Source: Planctomycetota bacterium (lineage in GTDB: Bacteria > Planctomycetota > UBA1135 > UBA2386). Taken from it: a stretch of 64,000 nucleotides of DNA. This document shows, in pieces, positions 38,464 through 49,219 of this stretch. The DNA is taken from contig OZ245838.1 of the NCBI GenBank assembly GCA_965228735.1, positions 3,872,001 through 3,936,000 on the forward strand, written 5' to 3'. Within the stretch, counting starts at the first letter, position 1. Each line of letters begins with the position of its first letter. The translations under genes and the position numbers were made by a program. The notes beneath the pieces are model-generated. The model made no database searches, had not been told where the DNA came from, and saw only the letters and a list, made by a program, of their open reading frames with translations.

Positions 38464-40185
38464 ATGACGGTTGCTGGCGACCTGTCGACGATCGATCTGC
38501 CGGATCTCCTGCAGAACATCGAATCCCATGGCCGCACGGGGACGCTGCGGCTGACGGGTGAGCACGGGGCGGCCCACGTGCTGTTCCGCGATGGCCATCT
38601 GATGGCCTTGGCCGCGGATTGGCGCAAGAGCCTCGGGGAACGTCTCGTCGCGACGGGTCATCTGACCGAGCGCAAGCTCGCCGGCGCGCGCAAGCGGCAG
38701 CGCGCCGGTCGCAAGTCGCTCGGCCAGGTGCTCACGGCGGCGCGCGCGATGACGGCCGACGAACTGCGCGCAGCGGCCGAGCACTTCCTGTCCGAGGACG
38801 TGATCGATCTGATCTCGTCCGCGCAGGGAGAGTTCGAGTTCGTCGAGGGGCCGCCGCCGAAGGGCGTCTTCGAACGCGACGAGGCCACGCTCGGCCTCGC
38901 GATCGCGGTCGCACCACTGATCCTCGAGGCCAGCCGCCGGGTCGATCAGTGGACCGAGATCCGGCGCTACGTGCCGAACGACGCAGTGCATCTGCGCGTC
39001 CGCGACAACGCCCAGGTCAGCCCCGACTGCGAGGACCCGGAGTTCGCCACGGACGTGCTCGAGGCGCTGGACGGCGCGCTCAGCGTGGTCGAGGTCGCCG
39101 AGCGGTTCCCCGACCGGCGCTTCGAGTGCTTCGAGCTCGTCGCCGCGTTCACGCGCGATCATGTGACGCGCGCGCTGAACGCCGATGACCTGCTGGCCGT
39201 CGCCGAGTCGGTCGGCAAGGCGCGGCCCGGCCGGGCGCGGGTCGTCGCCCGCCGCGGACTGCGCTGCGAGCCGCAGCACGAGGACCTGCTCGCGTTCGAG
39301 GCCGAACTCTCCGAACAGCTCGGTGATCTCACCGCGGCGGTCGAAGCCCACAAACTGCTCGCCCACATTCTCGCGGAGAACGGCAGCAGCGACGACGCAC
39401 TCGCCGAGCTCGAACGGGCCCGCGACCTGGCCCCGAACGATCCCGCGATCGTCGAACGCACCCTCACGCTGCGACAAGAGCTCGGTCATACCCAGGAAGC
39501 GCAGCAGGACGGCCTCCGCCTCGTCGAGCTCTATCGCGCACCCGGCCTGCACGCGCGCGCCAAGGACGTGCTCGTTCGGCTGCAGCGCGCCGACCCGGAG
39601 TCGATCGAGCTCGAGCTCGAAATCGCGCGCACGCGGGTCGACTGCGGCGAGGCTCCGGCGGCCATCCAACAGCTGCTGCGCCGCGGCAAGAGGCTCGTTG
39701 GCGCGGAGAACTACGTCGGCGCGCACCTGCTCTTCGAAGCCGTGCTCGAGATCGAGCCGAGCAACCGCGAAGCCGCGGTCTCGGTCGAGATGATCGACAA
39801 GGAGGAGTTCGCGCGGCGCCGGCAAAGGCAACGCCAGCTGCTGCGGCGGTGCTACACGACGCTGTGGCTGCTGGCGCTGGCGACCGTCGTCTGGATCGAG
39901 GCGTCGGCGCGCATCGCGTACGTCGACCTGCGTTCGCGGATCGGCAGCGACCGGCTGCTCGAACGTGGGGAGCGCGCCGAGGCTGCGCGGCTCTGGCGTG
40001 CGTTCTGCGACGAGCACAGCTGCTCGTTCACCGCGTTGCTCGATGTGCCGACCCTGCTCGCCGAGCTCGAGAGCGCGGCCGGTGAGCGCCCGGGCGACGC
40101 CCCCGAGGACAACAGCGGAGCGCCGAACGATGACGACGGCGCGCGCGTCCTGCGGCGGGCCGGCGACACCACCGGCGGCCAGTGA
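38464..40185 (+). CDS. DUF4388 domain protein with TPR-like repeats
   Basis: GDLSTIDLPDLLQ...RTGTLRL...FRDG, LGERLV, ILEASRRVDQW. Confidence 0.8.
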   Translation: MTVAGDLSTIDLPDLLQNIESHGRTGTLRLTGEHGAAHVLFRDGHLMALAADWRKSLGERLVATGHLTERKLAGARKRQRAGRKSLGQVLTAARAMTADELRAAAEHFLSEDVIDLISSAQGEFEFVEGPPPKGVFERDEATLGLAIAVAPLILEASRRVDQWTEIRRYVPNDAVHLRVRDNAQVSPDCEDPEFATDVLEALDGALSVVEVAERFPDRRFECFELVAAFTRDHVTRALNADDLLAVAESVGKARPGRARVVARRGLRCEPQHEDLLAFEAELSEQLGDLTAAVEAHKLLAHILAENGSSDDALAELERARDLAPNDPAIVERTLTLRQELGHTQEAQQDGLRLVELYRAPGLHARAKDVLVRLQRADPESIELELEIARTRVDCGEAPAAIQQLLRRGKRLVGAENYVGAHLLFEAVLEIEPSNREAAVSVEMIDKEEFARRRQRQRQLLRRCYTTLWLLALATVVWIEASARIAYVDLRSRIGSDRLLERGERAEAARLWRAFCDEHSCSFTALLDVPTLLAELESAAGERPGDAPEDNSGAPNDDDGARVLRRAGDTTGGQ

Positions 40186-40199
40186 CGGACGGCGCCGGG

Positions 40200-40937
40200 C
40201 TACGCGGCCTGGAACTGCGTCATGTCGAGCGCGAAGTGCACCGGCCAGAACCACCAGAGGTCGCGCGTCGCCTGCACGGTGCGGCAGACGCCGAGGCCGA
40301 GCGCGACGTCACCGAGGAGCAGCGCGAAATCGCCGAGGGCGGCCTCACCGTGGACCATCGCCGGGATGTGACCCGAGGCGAACAGTGCGGCCACGAGTCC
40401 GGCGACGACCCACTCGCGCCTGAGCGATGCGCCGAGGCGGACGAGCAGGACGCCGATCGAGAGATCCTCGAGCCCGACCTGCGCGAGTTCGTCGAGGTGC
40501 TCGAAACGGAACGTGTGCTGCAGTCGGCTGCCGAGGCCGACCGACTCGGGCGCGGCGAGGTCGAACGCCTGCAGCGCGATCACGGCGAGCGCGACGCCGA
40601 GCGCGAGCCGCCAGTGCACCTGCGAGAGCGGGAACCACGCCGTGGCCGGATGCTGTCGCCGCACGACCAGCAGCAGCACGATCGGCAGGAAGATGAACAG
40701 CTGGTTGAGCGCCGAGAACACCGGGTTGGTCTCCGGCAGCCGCACGCCGTTCTGCCAGAGCTGACCGACTCCGATCACGAGAACGGCGGCGAGGAACGCG
40801 TAGCCCACCTCGCGCCAGGGGCTCTCGAACTCGGCCCGCGGCGCCGGTTCGGGCCTTCCGACGGCACGATGCAGCGCGAGCCGCCCGACGACCACCGCGC
40901 CGTAGCCGGCAAAGAGCGCGACATGATGGTCGATCAC
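40200..40937 (-). CDS. Membrane protein, CPBP/Abi intramembrane protease-like
   Basis: Multiple TMs, LED, LFASGHIP, WPVHFALD; GTG overlaps the TetR stop. Confidence 0.65.
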   Translation of the reverse strand: MIDHHVALFAGYGAVVVGRLALHRAVGRPEPAPRAEFESPWREVGYAFLAAVLVIGVGQLWQNGVRLPETNPVFSALNQLFIFLPIVLLLVVRRQHPATAWFPLSQVHWRLALGVALAVIALQAFDLAAPESVGLGSRLQHTFRFEHLDELAQVGLEDLSIGVLLVRLGASLRREWVVAGLVAALFASGHIPAMVHGEAALGDFALLLGDVALGLGVCRTVQATRDLWWFWPVHFALDMTQFQAA

Positions 40938-41578
40938 GCTGCCCCCTGCGCCGCCGGCGTGAGGTAGGCCGTGAGCATCGCTGCGAGCTCGCGTTCGAGC
41001 GTGCGGTCGGCGAAGTGGCGCGACGTCCGGTGGACCGCGTCCTCGACGAGGATCTTGTCCTTGCAGACCGCCATGAGCGCGACGACCGCGAACTCGGCGG
41101 CGAGCGCCGGTCGCCCCGTCGTCCCCGCGAGCAGGCTGGCGCATCGCGCCACGAGCCGCTGCCGGTCCGCGCGACTCTCGGGGCTGATCGCCTCGGGATG
41201 ACACACCCCGTGGACGAGCACCGCGCGCCACAGCCCCCGCCGCTGCCGATACAGCGTGACCGCGATCTTCGCCATGCGCGCGGCGCGCTCACCGAGCGAC
41301 AGCCCCAGCCACCGTGCCGGATCGAGCGTCATCTGCAGGTCGCCGGCGAGCGCGACCTCGTAGCGTTCGTAGAGCAGCGGCAGCAGCGCCTCCTTGTCGC
41401 GAAAGCGCCGATAGAACGTGCCGACGGCGACGCCCGCCTCCGCAGCGATCTCCGCAACCGACAACTCGTCGAACACGCGCTCTTCGAGCAGCCGCTCCGC
41501 CGCGTCGAGCAACCGCTCGTGCGTCTGCCGACTGCGCGACTGCCGCGCCACGTGACTCGCACCGGGAGCTGCTCGCAT
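40934..41578 (-). CDS. TetR/AcrR family transcriptional regulator
   Basis: RLLDAAERLL..FDELSVAEIAAEAGVAVGTFYRRFRDKEAL HTH. Confidence 0.9.
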   Translation of the reverse strand: MRAAPGASHVARQSRSRQTHERLLDAAERLLEERVFDELSVAEIAAEAGVAVGTFYRRFRDKEALLPLLYERYEVALAGDLQMTLDPARWLGLSLGERAARMAKIAVTLYRQRRGLWRAVLVHGVCHPEAISPESRADRQRLVARCASLLAGTTGRPALAAEFAVVALMAVCKDKILVEDAVHRTSRHFADRTLERELAAMLTAYLTPAAQGAA

Positions 41579-41604
41579 GGAATGCGAATCTATGTTCACA
41601 TTCC
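41579..41604. promoter_or_regulatory. Probable TetR operator palindrome
   Basis: GGAATGCGAA-tctatg-TTCACATTCC, 9 of 10 positions paired, directly at the TetR start. Confidence 0.55.
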
Positions 41605-41648
41605 AAACGAAGCAAGTCCAGACCAGAGGTCTTCGGAAGGTCAGTAGT

Positions 41649-41764
41649 TGGCGGTACCGAACCCGCTTCGAATCCGCCACGCCGGTGCGGCGCTACATCG
41701 CTCGACAACGGTGACTTGCAATCCGCGTCGGGGTGGCGGATTTGAAGCGGGTTTGGTACCGCCA
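41649..41764. repeat. REP-like family A, inverted doublet (REPIN-like hairpin)
   Basis: TGGCGGTACCGAACCCGCTTCGAATCCGCCAC (41649-41680) pairs with 41733-41764; the stem extends to about 42 bp with G-U pairs. Confidence 0.8.
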
Positions 41765-41765
41765 G

Positions 41766-43865
41766 TCAGTCGCCGAGCGCGATCGTGAGACGACCAGTGA
41801 GCGACAGGCCGAGCACGGGACCGCCGTCGAGCACCGCCGACTGGACGAGGATACGGACACCGCGAAGTGTGGGGTCGAACGGCACCGGCATCGGAACGTC
41901 GAGCTGGCCGAACGAGTTCGTGGGCGCGAACAACGAGGTGGCCGGCACGAGCAGCTGATCGCACCCGGGTGTCAGCGTGACCTGCGTCGGCATGAAACCG
42001 TAGATCACGAACGCGGGCTGGCTGGCGGCGCCTTCCACGTGAACGGCCGGAGTGCCGCCGAGCGTCGCGCGGCCGAACAGCCGCAGGTCCGGTGCGCTGC
42101 CGCAGGTCTGCGGAGTCAGGCTCGCGGCCGCCGCTGCGGCAGTCAGGATGCGGGTGTCATACGTCGTGCGCAGCACGAGCTGACCCCGAAGCGGGGCGTG
42201 GATCACGCGCGCTTGCGGGGGCAGAGCGGTCGGCGCGAGGGTCGGGCTCCAATCGACGCCATCCCAGTGCCAGACGGCACCGCTGGTGACGAGCGCGACC
42301 TGCCCGGCCGTGGCGTCGAACGTCGCCTGGTAGTCACCCGGAACCGGCCCGTGCGCCGGGAAGTGTCGCAACCAGTTGATCCCGTCCCACTCCCACGTCT
42401 CGTCAGTGGACTGCGCGAGGATACGACCGCCGAACATGACGGCCCGCTGCCGGATCGGATCCCACGCCATCGCGTGGTCGACCCGACCGACGGGCACCGT
42501 CGCGGGCTGCAGCAACGTCCACTGCACGCCGTCGAACCGCCACGTGTCGTTCAGTCCGCCCCCGCCGAAGAGCAGGACGTCCGCACCCGTGCCGACCATC
42601 GCATGGCCACTGCGTGGCGCCGGCGACGTCGCGGTCACGACCTGCGTCCACGACTGCCCATCCCAGCGCCAGGTATCGCCGAACGAGGTCTCCGGGAACG
42701 TCGATCGGTCCGCCCCCCCGAACAGGACGAGGTCACCGCCGAGCGGCGCGAACGCCGCGTCGCCGCGCGCTGCCGGCCGCGGCCCCGTCGTGACCGCACG
42801 CTGCCAACCCCCGACCGGATCACGCCAGCGCCACGTGTCACCGGACGGCGGCGTCGCGGCCAGCACCGCCTCGCCGCGCGGCGCGTGATAGGCAAACGTC
42901 GGATCCTGCGGCACCTCGGGGTTCCACACCCCGTCCGGCGTCGGGTCGGCGAGGAGCGCGGTCCAACCGCCGCCGGCCCCACGCCGCCAGACGCTCGCGC
43001 GCCCGGTCACGAGCAGCAGGGCGCTCCCGTCGTCACAGCCGAACGCGATGTTCTGCTCGGGCAGCCCCGTCCGCGGCAGCCAGTCCGTTCCGTCCCATTC
43101 GAAGCAGTCGTCAACCAGCTGCCGGGCCAGACCGGTCCCGCCGAGAATGACGACGCGCTGAGCCACTGGATCGAACGCGAGGCGCGTGCGCCGCTTCGCC
43201 GGCACGGTGGACGGCGCCATCTGGCTCCACTGCACGCCGTCCCACTCCCAGGTGTCGTCGAGGAACGCCACACCGTCCGAGCCACCGAACAGGACGACCC
43301 GATTGCGAGCCCGATCGAGGACCATGCCCGCGCCAGAGCGCTTACGCGGCCGCACGGCCGGCGTGAGCTCCGACCACTGACTGCCGTTCCAGCGATGCAT
43401 CGAGTCGAGGGGCTGGAACCCGATCCCGGAGCCGCCGAACACGAGCAGACCGCCGCCGTTCGGGTCCCGAGCTGGCTGGGCGAAACGCGCATACGGCGAC
43501 TGGTTGGGTACGGCCAGCGACCAACCGGCGCCCGACCGGGTCCACGTCCGCGACCAGAACGTGTTGACGCCTTCGCCCGTGACCACGAGGCCGCCGCCGG
43601 TTGCCGGGTCGTTGCCGACGAACAACACCGCGCCGTGTGCCACGGCGCCGAGCCCGGGTTCGATGAGCTGCCAGCGTTGCCCGTCGAAGGCCCAGCAGTC
43701 GACCTCGAAATCACTCACGGCGACGAGTCGATCGGCGGCTGCATCCCAGAAGACATCGGCGATGCGCGGCGGGAGGTCTCGCTCAGGAGCCCAGACCATC
43801 GGAGCCTGAGCGACGAGCGAGCCGGGAAGGACCGCGGCGAACGAGAGCAGGAACGTGCGAACCAT
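41766..43865 (-). CDS. Secreted Kelch/beta-propeller repeat protein with two-Cys C-terminal domain
   Basis: Signal peptide; repeated VLFGG...DTW(E/R)WDG..W units; C-terminal CG..TPGC..QSAVLD. Confidence 0.85.
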   Translation of the reverse strand: MVRTFLLSFAAVLPGSLVAQAPMVWAPERDLPPRIADVFWDAAADRLVAVSDFEVDCWAFDGQRWQLIEPGLGAVAHGAVLFVGNDPATGGGLVVTGEGVNTFWSRTWTRSGAGWSLAVPNQSPYARFAQPARDPNGGGLLVFGGSGIGFQPLDSMHRWNGSQWSELTPAVRPRKRSGAGMVLDRARNRVVLFGGSDGVAFLDDTWEWDGVQWSQMAPSTVPAKRRTRLAFDPVAQRVVILGGTGLARQLVDDCFEWDGTDWLPRTGLPEQNIAFGCDDGSALLLVTGRASVWRRGAGGGWTALLADPTPDGVWNPEVPQDPTFAYHAPRGEAVLAATPPSGDTWRWRDPVGGWQRAVTTGPRPAARGDAAFAPLGGDLVLFGGADRSTFPETSFGDTWRWDGQSWTQVVTATSPAPRSGHAMVGTGADVLLFGGGGLNDTWRFDGVQWTLLQPATVPVGRVDHAMAWDPIRQRAVMFGGRILAQSTDETWEWDGINWLRHFPAHGPVPGDYQATFDATAGQVALVTSGAVWHWDGVDWSPTLAPTALPPQARVIHAPLRGQLVLRTTYDTRILTAAAAAASLTPQTCGSAPDLRLFGRATLGGTPAVHVEGAASQPAFVIYGFMPTQVTLTPGCDQLLVPATSLFAPTNSFGQLDVPMPVPFDPTLRGVRILVQSAVLDGGPVLGLSLTGRLTIALGD

Positions 43866-44078
43866 GCGAGCCACCTGAGAGGCGTTGCGTCACCGAATAG
43901 ATCCCCACCGCGGTGCGGCGGGACGACGTTTCGTCCGCGTAACACCAACCGCGTGACCGGAGAGCGGAACCGCGGCAAACGCATGCGCCACGGCCCGATC
44001 GACGGTCCTGCACGCGGTGTACCAACGCCGCGGGATTCCCGGTCGCGATCGGTCCCGCCCGGTCGATCCGGGCAGCGC

Positions 44079-45281
<1,203 letters not shown>

Positions 45282-45533
45282 TCTTCGTTCTTGTCCGATA
45301 CGGCGTGAACCATGGTCGGGTGCACGCATGAATATTGGGCGCGTGGGCAGGCTGCCGCGCAGCGGCTCACGCAGTTCAGCGCGGGACGGACGCGTATCGT
45401 CGGGTCCGGACTGGCGCTGGCCGATGTTGCGCCGACCGACACTTGCGGTCGCCGCTGGAGAGTGCATCGGCATCGACCCGTCTCGCCTTGAGACCGGCCA
45501 CCCACGTTCGGCGCGGGCTCTCCGTTCGCGGAA

Positions 45534-45562
45534 AGTATAGGGTCCCGGCCCCAAATCGCCAA
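45534..45562 (-). promoter_or_regulatory. sigma70 promoter TTGGCG-N17-TATACT of DEAD helicase, implying a ~245-nt leader
   Basis: -35 at 45562-45557, -10 at 45539-45534, exact 17-nt spacer. Confidence 0.6.
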
Positions 45563-45628
45563 GAGAACCGCAATTGCCGTCGCCGGCCGGCCGCTGCGAC
45601 GGGCTCCTGGGGCCAAGAACCCATCCGT

Positions 45629-45678
45629 TTGGCGGTACCGAACCCGCTTCGAATCCGCCGCCCGGCGTGGCGCCTACA
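45629..45678. repeat. REP-like family A, single copy
   Basis: TTGGCGGTACCGAACCCGCTTCGAATCCGCC is identical to 41648-41678. Confidence 0.8.
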
Positions 45679-46246
45679 GCTCGAGATCGAGGTGGATGCC
45701 GGGCCGGAACTGCGCGAGCAGCAGCTGCAGGAACGACTCGGTGTCGCCCGTGCCCTCGCCGTCGCCGTCCTCGTCATCGCCGTCGCCGAAGAGCGCGTCG
45801 TCGAGACTGCTCGGGCCGTCCCCGCCGAGCAACGCCGCGGCCTGCGCCCCAGCCCCCAGAGTGGCAGCCCCTAGAGGCGCCGCGCCGAGCGTCGCCGCGC
45901 CGGTCTGGTTGAGCGGCACGAACGCCGCGTTGGCCGCCGTCTCGAGCACCGCGGGATCGAAGCCGTGCTCCGTCAGCGCCGCTTCGAGCGCCGCCCGCGC
46001 CACCGCGGCCCGATCCGCCCCGGCCGGGGCATCGCGCAGCGCGTCGCGCACCGCGGCATGCAGCTGCTCGCGGATGTCGAACAGGCTCTGACCCTGCGCG
46101 TTCGTCAGGGTGCCGAGCGCGTTGCCGCCACCGGCCGCCCGCTCGGCCGCAGCCGCCGCGCTGCCACCCGGCGCACCGACGGTGTGAACCTGACCGTTCG
46201 CCGGCGCGTGCGACGGCGAGTTGGAGAGGACCTGGATCTCGCTCAT
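45674..46246 (-). CDS. Hypothetical low-complexity protein
   Basis: MSEIQVL start, Ala/Gly-rich body, acidic stretch, C-terminal PGIHLDLEL. Confidence 0.55.
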   Translation of the reverse strand: MSEIQVLSNSPSHAPANGQVHTVGAPGGSAAAAAERAAGGGNALGTLTNAQGQSLFDIREQLHAAVRDALRDAPAGADRAAVARAALEAALTEHGFDPAVLETAANAAFVPLNQTGAATLGAAPLGAATLGAGAQAAALLGGDGPSSLDDALFGDGDDEDGDGEGTGDTESFLQLLLAQFRPGIHLDLEL

Positions 46247-46427
46247 GCCGATCCCGTCGCAACCGCGGTGCCAGGTCCGGCGGCCGCTCGGAGCGCGACC
46301 TGCGAGCCACCGACTGCACGCATCGGCAACTCCTGCCGACGGCTGCGGCATCCCGTGCCGCGGACCGGCCGATTCTGCCGCCGATGCCGAGCTGCGTCGT
46401 GAGCGGAGCGGGCTAACGTGCCCTGCG

Positions 46428-46892
46428 ATGACCGCCGCCCTCCTCGAGACCTGGCGGGTCCACAATCGTGCGACCTGGCTCATGTTCGACGCCCTCCCGA
46501 GCAAGGCGTTCGGCGATCGCTACACCGACCGCACGCGCACGGTGGCCGCGCAGTTCGCGCACATCCACAACGTTCGCGTGTCCCATCTGCAGCGCCGGGG
46601 GCCGCAGCACCTCGGTGACCTGGAGGCGTTCGAGCGCGGCGCCGAGCCCGGCAAGGCGGCGCTGAAGAAAGCGCTGAAGGCCTCCGAACGCGCGGTCGCG
46701 AACCTGCTCGCCGAGTGCGAGACGACGGGCAAGGTGAGGTCGTGGCAGAACTCGGTGACGACCTACCTCGGCTACTTCATCGCGCACGAGGCGCACCACC
46801 GCGCGCTCATCATGGTGTGTCTGCGGTTCTCCGGCACGAAGGCGCCCGACGCCGCGAAGTACGGCATCTGGGACACGTGGCGCAAGAAGTGA
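46428..46892 (+). CDS. DinB family protein
   Basis: RTVAAQFAHIHNVR and YFIAHEAHHRA His triad; YGIW. Confidence 0.85.
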   Translation: MTAALLETWRVHNRATWLMFDALPSKAFGDRYTDRTRTVAAQFAHIHNVRVSHLQRRGPQHLGDLEAFERGAEPGKAALKKALKASERAVANLLAECETTGKVRSWQNSVTTYLGYFIAHEAHHRALIMVCLRFSGTKAPDAAKYGIWDTWRKK

Positions 46893-46913
46893 GCAGCCGC
46901 GACGCGCCGGCGC

Positions 46914-48368
46914 TCAGACGCCGAGCCGCCGCGACAGATCCGTCTGCATCAGGTTGTCCGGATCGACGCGCTGCTTGAGCGCGCGGAACTGCCGCACCGC
47001 ATCCGCGCCGTGCACCTTCTCGAACGACGAGCTCAGGAGCACCGCGTCCTTGGCGTAGTAGAACCGCCCGCCGGCCTCGAGCACGACCTCGGCGAGCTCC
47101 TGACACAGCCGCCACAATGCGTCGCGCCGGCTCTTGCTCCTGCTGACCGCGAAGTCCATCGCGAGCGAGTAGCCGTCGACCGCGTGCGTCATGAGGAACG
47201 GGTCGGGGCGGTGGCGCTTCAGCACGCCGAGGTACGGCACGAAGCCAGTCTGCTGACACCGCTCGATGAGGCGACGCAGCACGCGCGACGCTTCCTTGGC
47301 CGGCACGAACGGCTGGAACTGGATCAGCCCGCCGGGCTTGGTCATCCAGTGCCAGCGCGGCACGTAGTCGAGCAGGAAGTGGAACGCGCCGTGCGACTGC
47401 AGGTAGGGCGAGCCGCGCTGCTCGCGGAAGCCCGCGAGGAACTTCAGCCAGTTCACGAGCCAGACCTGCCGCGCCTGCACCGCGCACCACATGCCGGGCC
47501 AGAGCCAACCCTTGGGCACCAGCCCAAACAGTTTCATCGGCACGTCCTGCAGCAAGGGATCGAGGTAGCGCAACCCTTCGGGATCCTCGCCCGGCTTGAG
47601 TTGGTCCGCGCGGTGCAGCAGCCCGCGCCCGAGCCCGGCACCCTTGCCGTGCAGGTCGAGCCACGAGACGAGATAGTCGGCCTTGCCCCGCGCCTCCTCG
47701 ATCATCTCGATGTTGTGGTCGAGGTCGCGCGCGACGAGCCCCCAGACGCGCAGCCGACCGCTGTGCACGCGCTTGGTCTCGATCTCGAGCTTCGTGAAGC
47801 AACCGAGCATCCCGAAGCCGCTGATCGCCGCGTGGAAGAGCTCGGGATCCGACTCCCGCGTGACCGTCACCTGTTCGCCAGCCGGCGTGAGCAGATCGAA
47901 CGACCGCACGCACTCGCCGAACGAACCGAGCGCGTAGTTGTTCTTGCCGTGGATGTTCATCGCCGCCGCGCCGCCCATCGACACGGCCATCGTTCCGCTC
48001 ACGACCTTGGGCCAGAACGAGAAGCCGATCGACCGACGCCAGAGATCGCGCACGGTCACGCCCGGCTCACACTGCGCGACGCCGGTCTCGGGGTCGAACG
48101 CGAGGATCCGGTTCATCGCGGTGAGGTCGAGCACGCGCCCCTGCACCGCGGTCGACGCGTCGCCGTAGCTGCAGCCCGCGCCGCGCAGCGCGATCGGCGT
48201 GCCGTCCTTCTTCGCGACCGCGAAGACGTCGGCGATCTGCTCGGCGGTCGTCGGCCGCAGCACGCTGGCCTTGCCGCCCATCGCCATGCCGAACCCGCGC
48301 ACGTCCTCCTGCTGCCACGGCAGCGAGTCGGCGCGATCCGAGGTCGGGTCGGTCGAGAGACTGGTCAC
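46914..48368 (-). CDS. FAD-binding oxidoreductase, DprE1-like
   Basis: RGAGCSYGDAS, VSMGGAAAMNIHGKN, GYSLAMDF, GGRFYYAKDA; GTG start 2 nt after the SDR stop. Confidence 0.85.
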   Translation of the reverse strand: MTSLSTDPTSDRADSLPWQQEDVRGFGMAMGGKASVLRPTTAEQIADVFAVAKKDGTPIALRGAGCSYGDASTAVQGRVLDLTAMNRILAFDPETGVAQCEPGVTVRDLWRRSIGFSFWPKVVSGTMAVSMGGAAAMNIHGKNNYALGSFGECVRSFDLLTPAGEQVTVTRESDPELFHAAISGFGMLGCFTKLEIETKRVHSGRLRVWGLVARDLDHNIEMIEEARGKADYLVSWLDLHGKGAGLGRGLLHRADQLKPGEDPEGLRYLDPLLQDVPMKLFGLVPKGWLWPGMWCAVQARQVWLVNWLKFLAGFREQRGSPYLQSHGAFHFLLDYVPRWHWMTKPGGLIQFQPFVPAKEASRVLRRLIERCQQTGFVPYLGVLKRHRPDPFLMTHAVDGYSLAMDFAVSRSKSRRDALWRLCQELAEVVLEAGGRFYYAKDAVLLSSSFEKVHGADAVRQFRALKQRVDPDNLMQTDLSRRLGV

Positions 48369-48370
48369 GG

Positions 48371-49117
48371 TCAGATCGAGAGCTTGCGGAACACGAACGA
48401 CGGGATGTTGCGGATCACGAACATGACGAACCGCCACTTGCCCGGCACGTATGCGATCGGCTGCTTGCGGTCCCGCGCCTTGAGGATGAGTTCGGCCGCC
48501 TTGTCCGCCGAGATCGCGCCCTTCAGCTCGAGCCCCGCTGTCATCGGCGTCTCGACGAACCCCGGGCGGATCGTCGTGACGTAGACGCCGTGCCGCCAGA
48601 GTCGGTTGCGCAGCGCCTCGAGGTAGGTGTCCATGCCGGCCTTGCTCGCATTGTATACCGGTCGCCCGACGCGGCCGCGGTCCTGCGCGACCGAACTGAT
48701 GCCGACGAGGTGACCGGCCTTGCGCTGCAGGAAGCGCCGGGCCATCGCGTTCATGAACGCGATGCAGCCGAGCATGTTGACCTCGACCTGCTGGCGATCC
48801 TTCTGGAAGTCGAACTCGTCGATCGCGACCTCGGGCATCACGCCCGCCGCGTAGTGCACTTCGTCGACGGTGCCGAGCTCGTTCTCGATGCGGTCGATCA
48901 GCGCGTCCGCCGCGTCGTAGTCCGTCGCATCGTGCGGATACGCGAACGCCGCCTCGCGGCCGAGCACGTCGTTGATCGCGGCCGCCTGCGCCCGCAGCTC
49001 GGGCTCGCGCCGCGCCAGCATCGCGACCTTGCGGCCGCTCAGCGCGAGGCGGCGCGCGAGCGCGGTGCCCATGCCCGAAGAGCTGCCGACGATGATGCAG
49101 GTGCCGCTGGTGGCCAT
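48371..49117 (-). CDS. SDR family oxidoreductase, DprE2-like
   Basis: VGSSSGMG, ISSVAQDRGR, YNASKAG, LRNRL, IRPGFVETPMT. Confidence 0.85.
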   Translation of the reverse strand: MATSGTCIIVGSSSGMGTALARRLALSGRKVAMLARREPELRAQAAAINDVLGREAAFAYPHDATDYDAADALIDRIENELGTVDEVHYAAGVMPEVAIDEFDFQKDRQQVEVNMLGCIAFMNAMARRFLQRKAGHLVGISSVAQDRGRVGRPVYNASKAGMDTYLEALRNRLWRHGVYVTTIRPGFVETPMTAGLELKGAISADKAAELILKARDRKQPIAYVPGKWRFVMFVIRNIPSFVFRKLSI

Positions 49118-49219
49118 GAGCGAGAGAGCAGACCCGGGCGGAAGGGGAATGCAACCCGGGTCCCGACCTGGTCCGGCTGGCCGCTTGTTCCCGGCCGGAG
49201 AACGGTCGATGATGCCGCC

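Noticed and set aside
41649..41764. Repeats considered as CRISPR array or IS ends
   Set aside because: Copies are inverted or dispersed, with no regular spacers, cas genes or transposase
45457..45523. Cloverleaf-like fold beginning GGAGAG considered as tRNA (Ser/Sec)
   Set aside because: No TTCGA T-loop, no 7-nt anticodon loop, no D-loop GG or CCA; retained only as a leader structure
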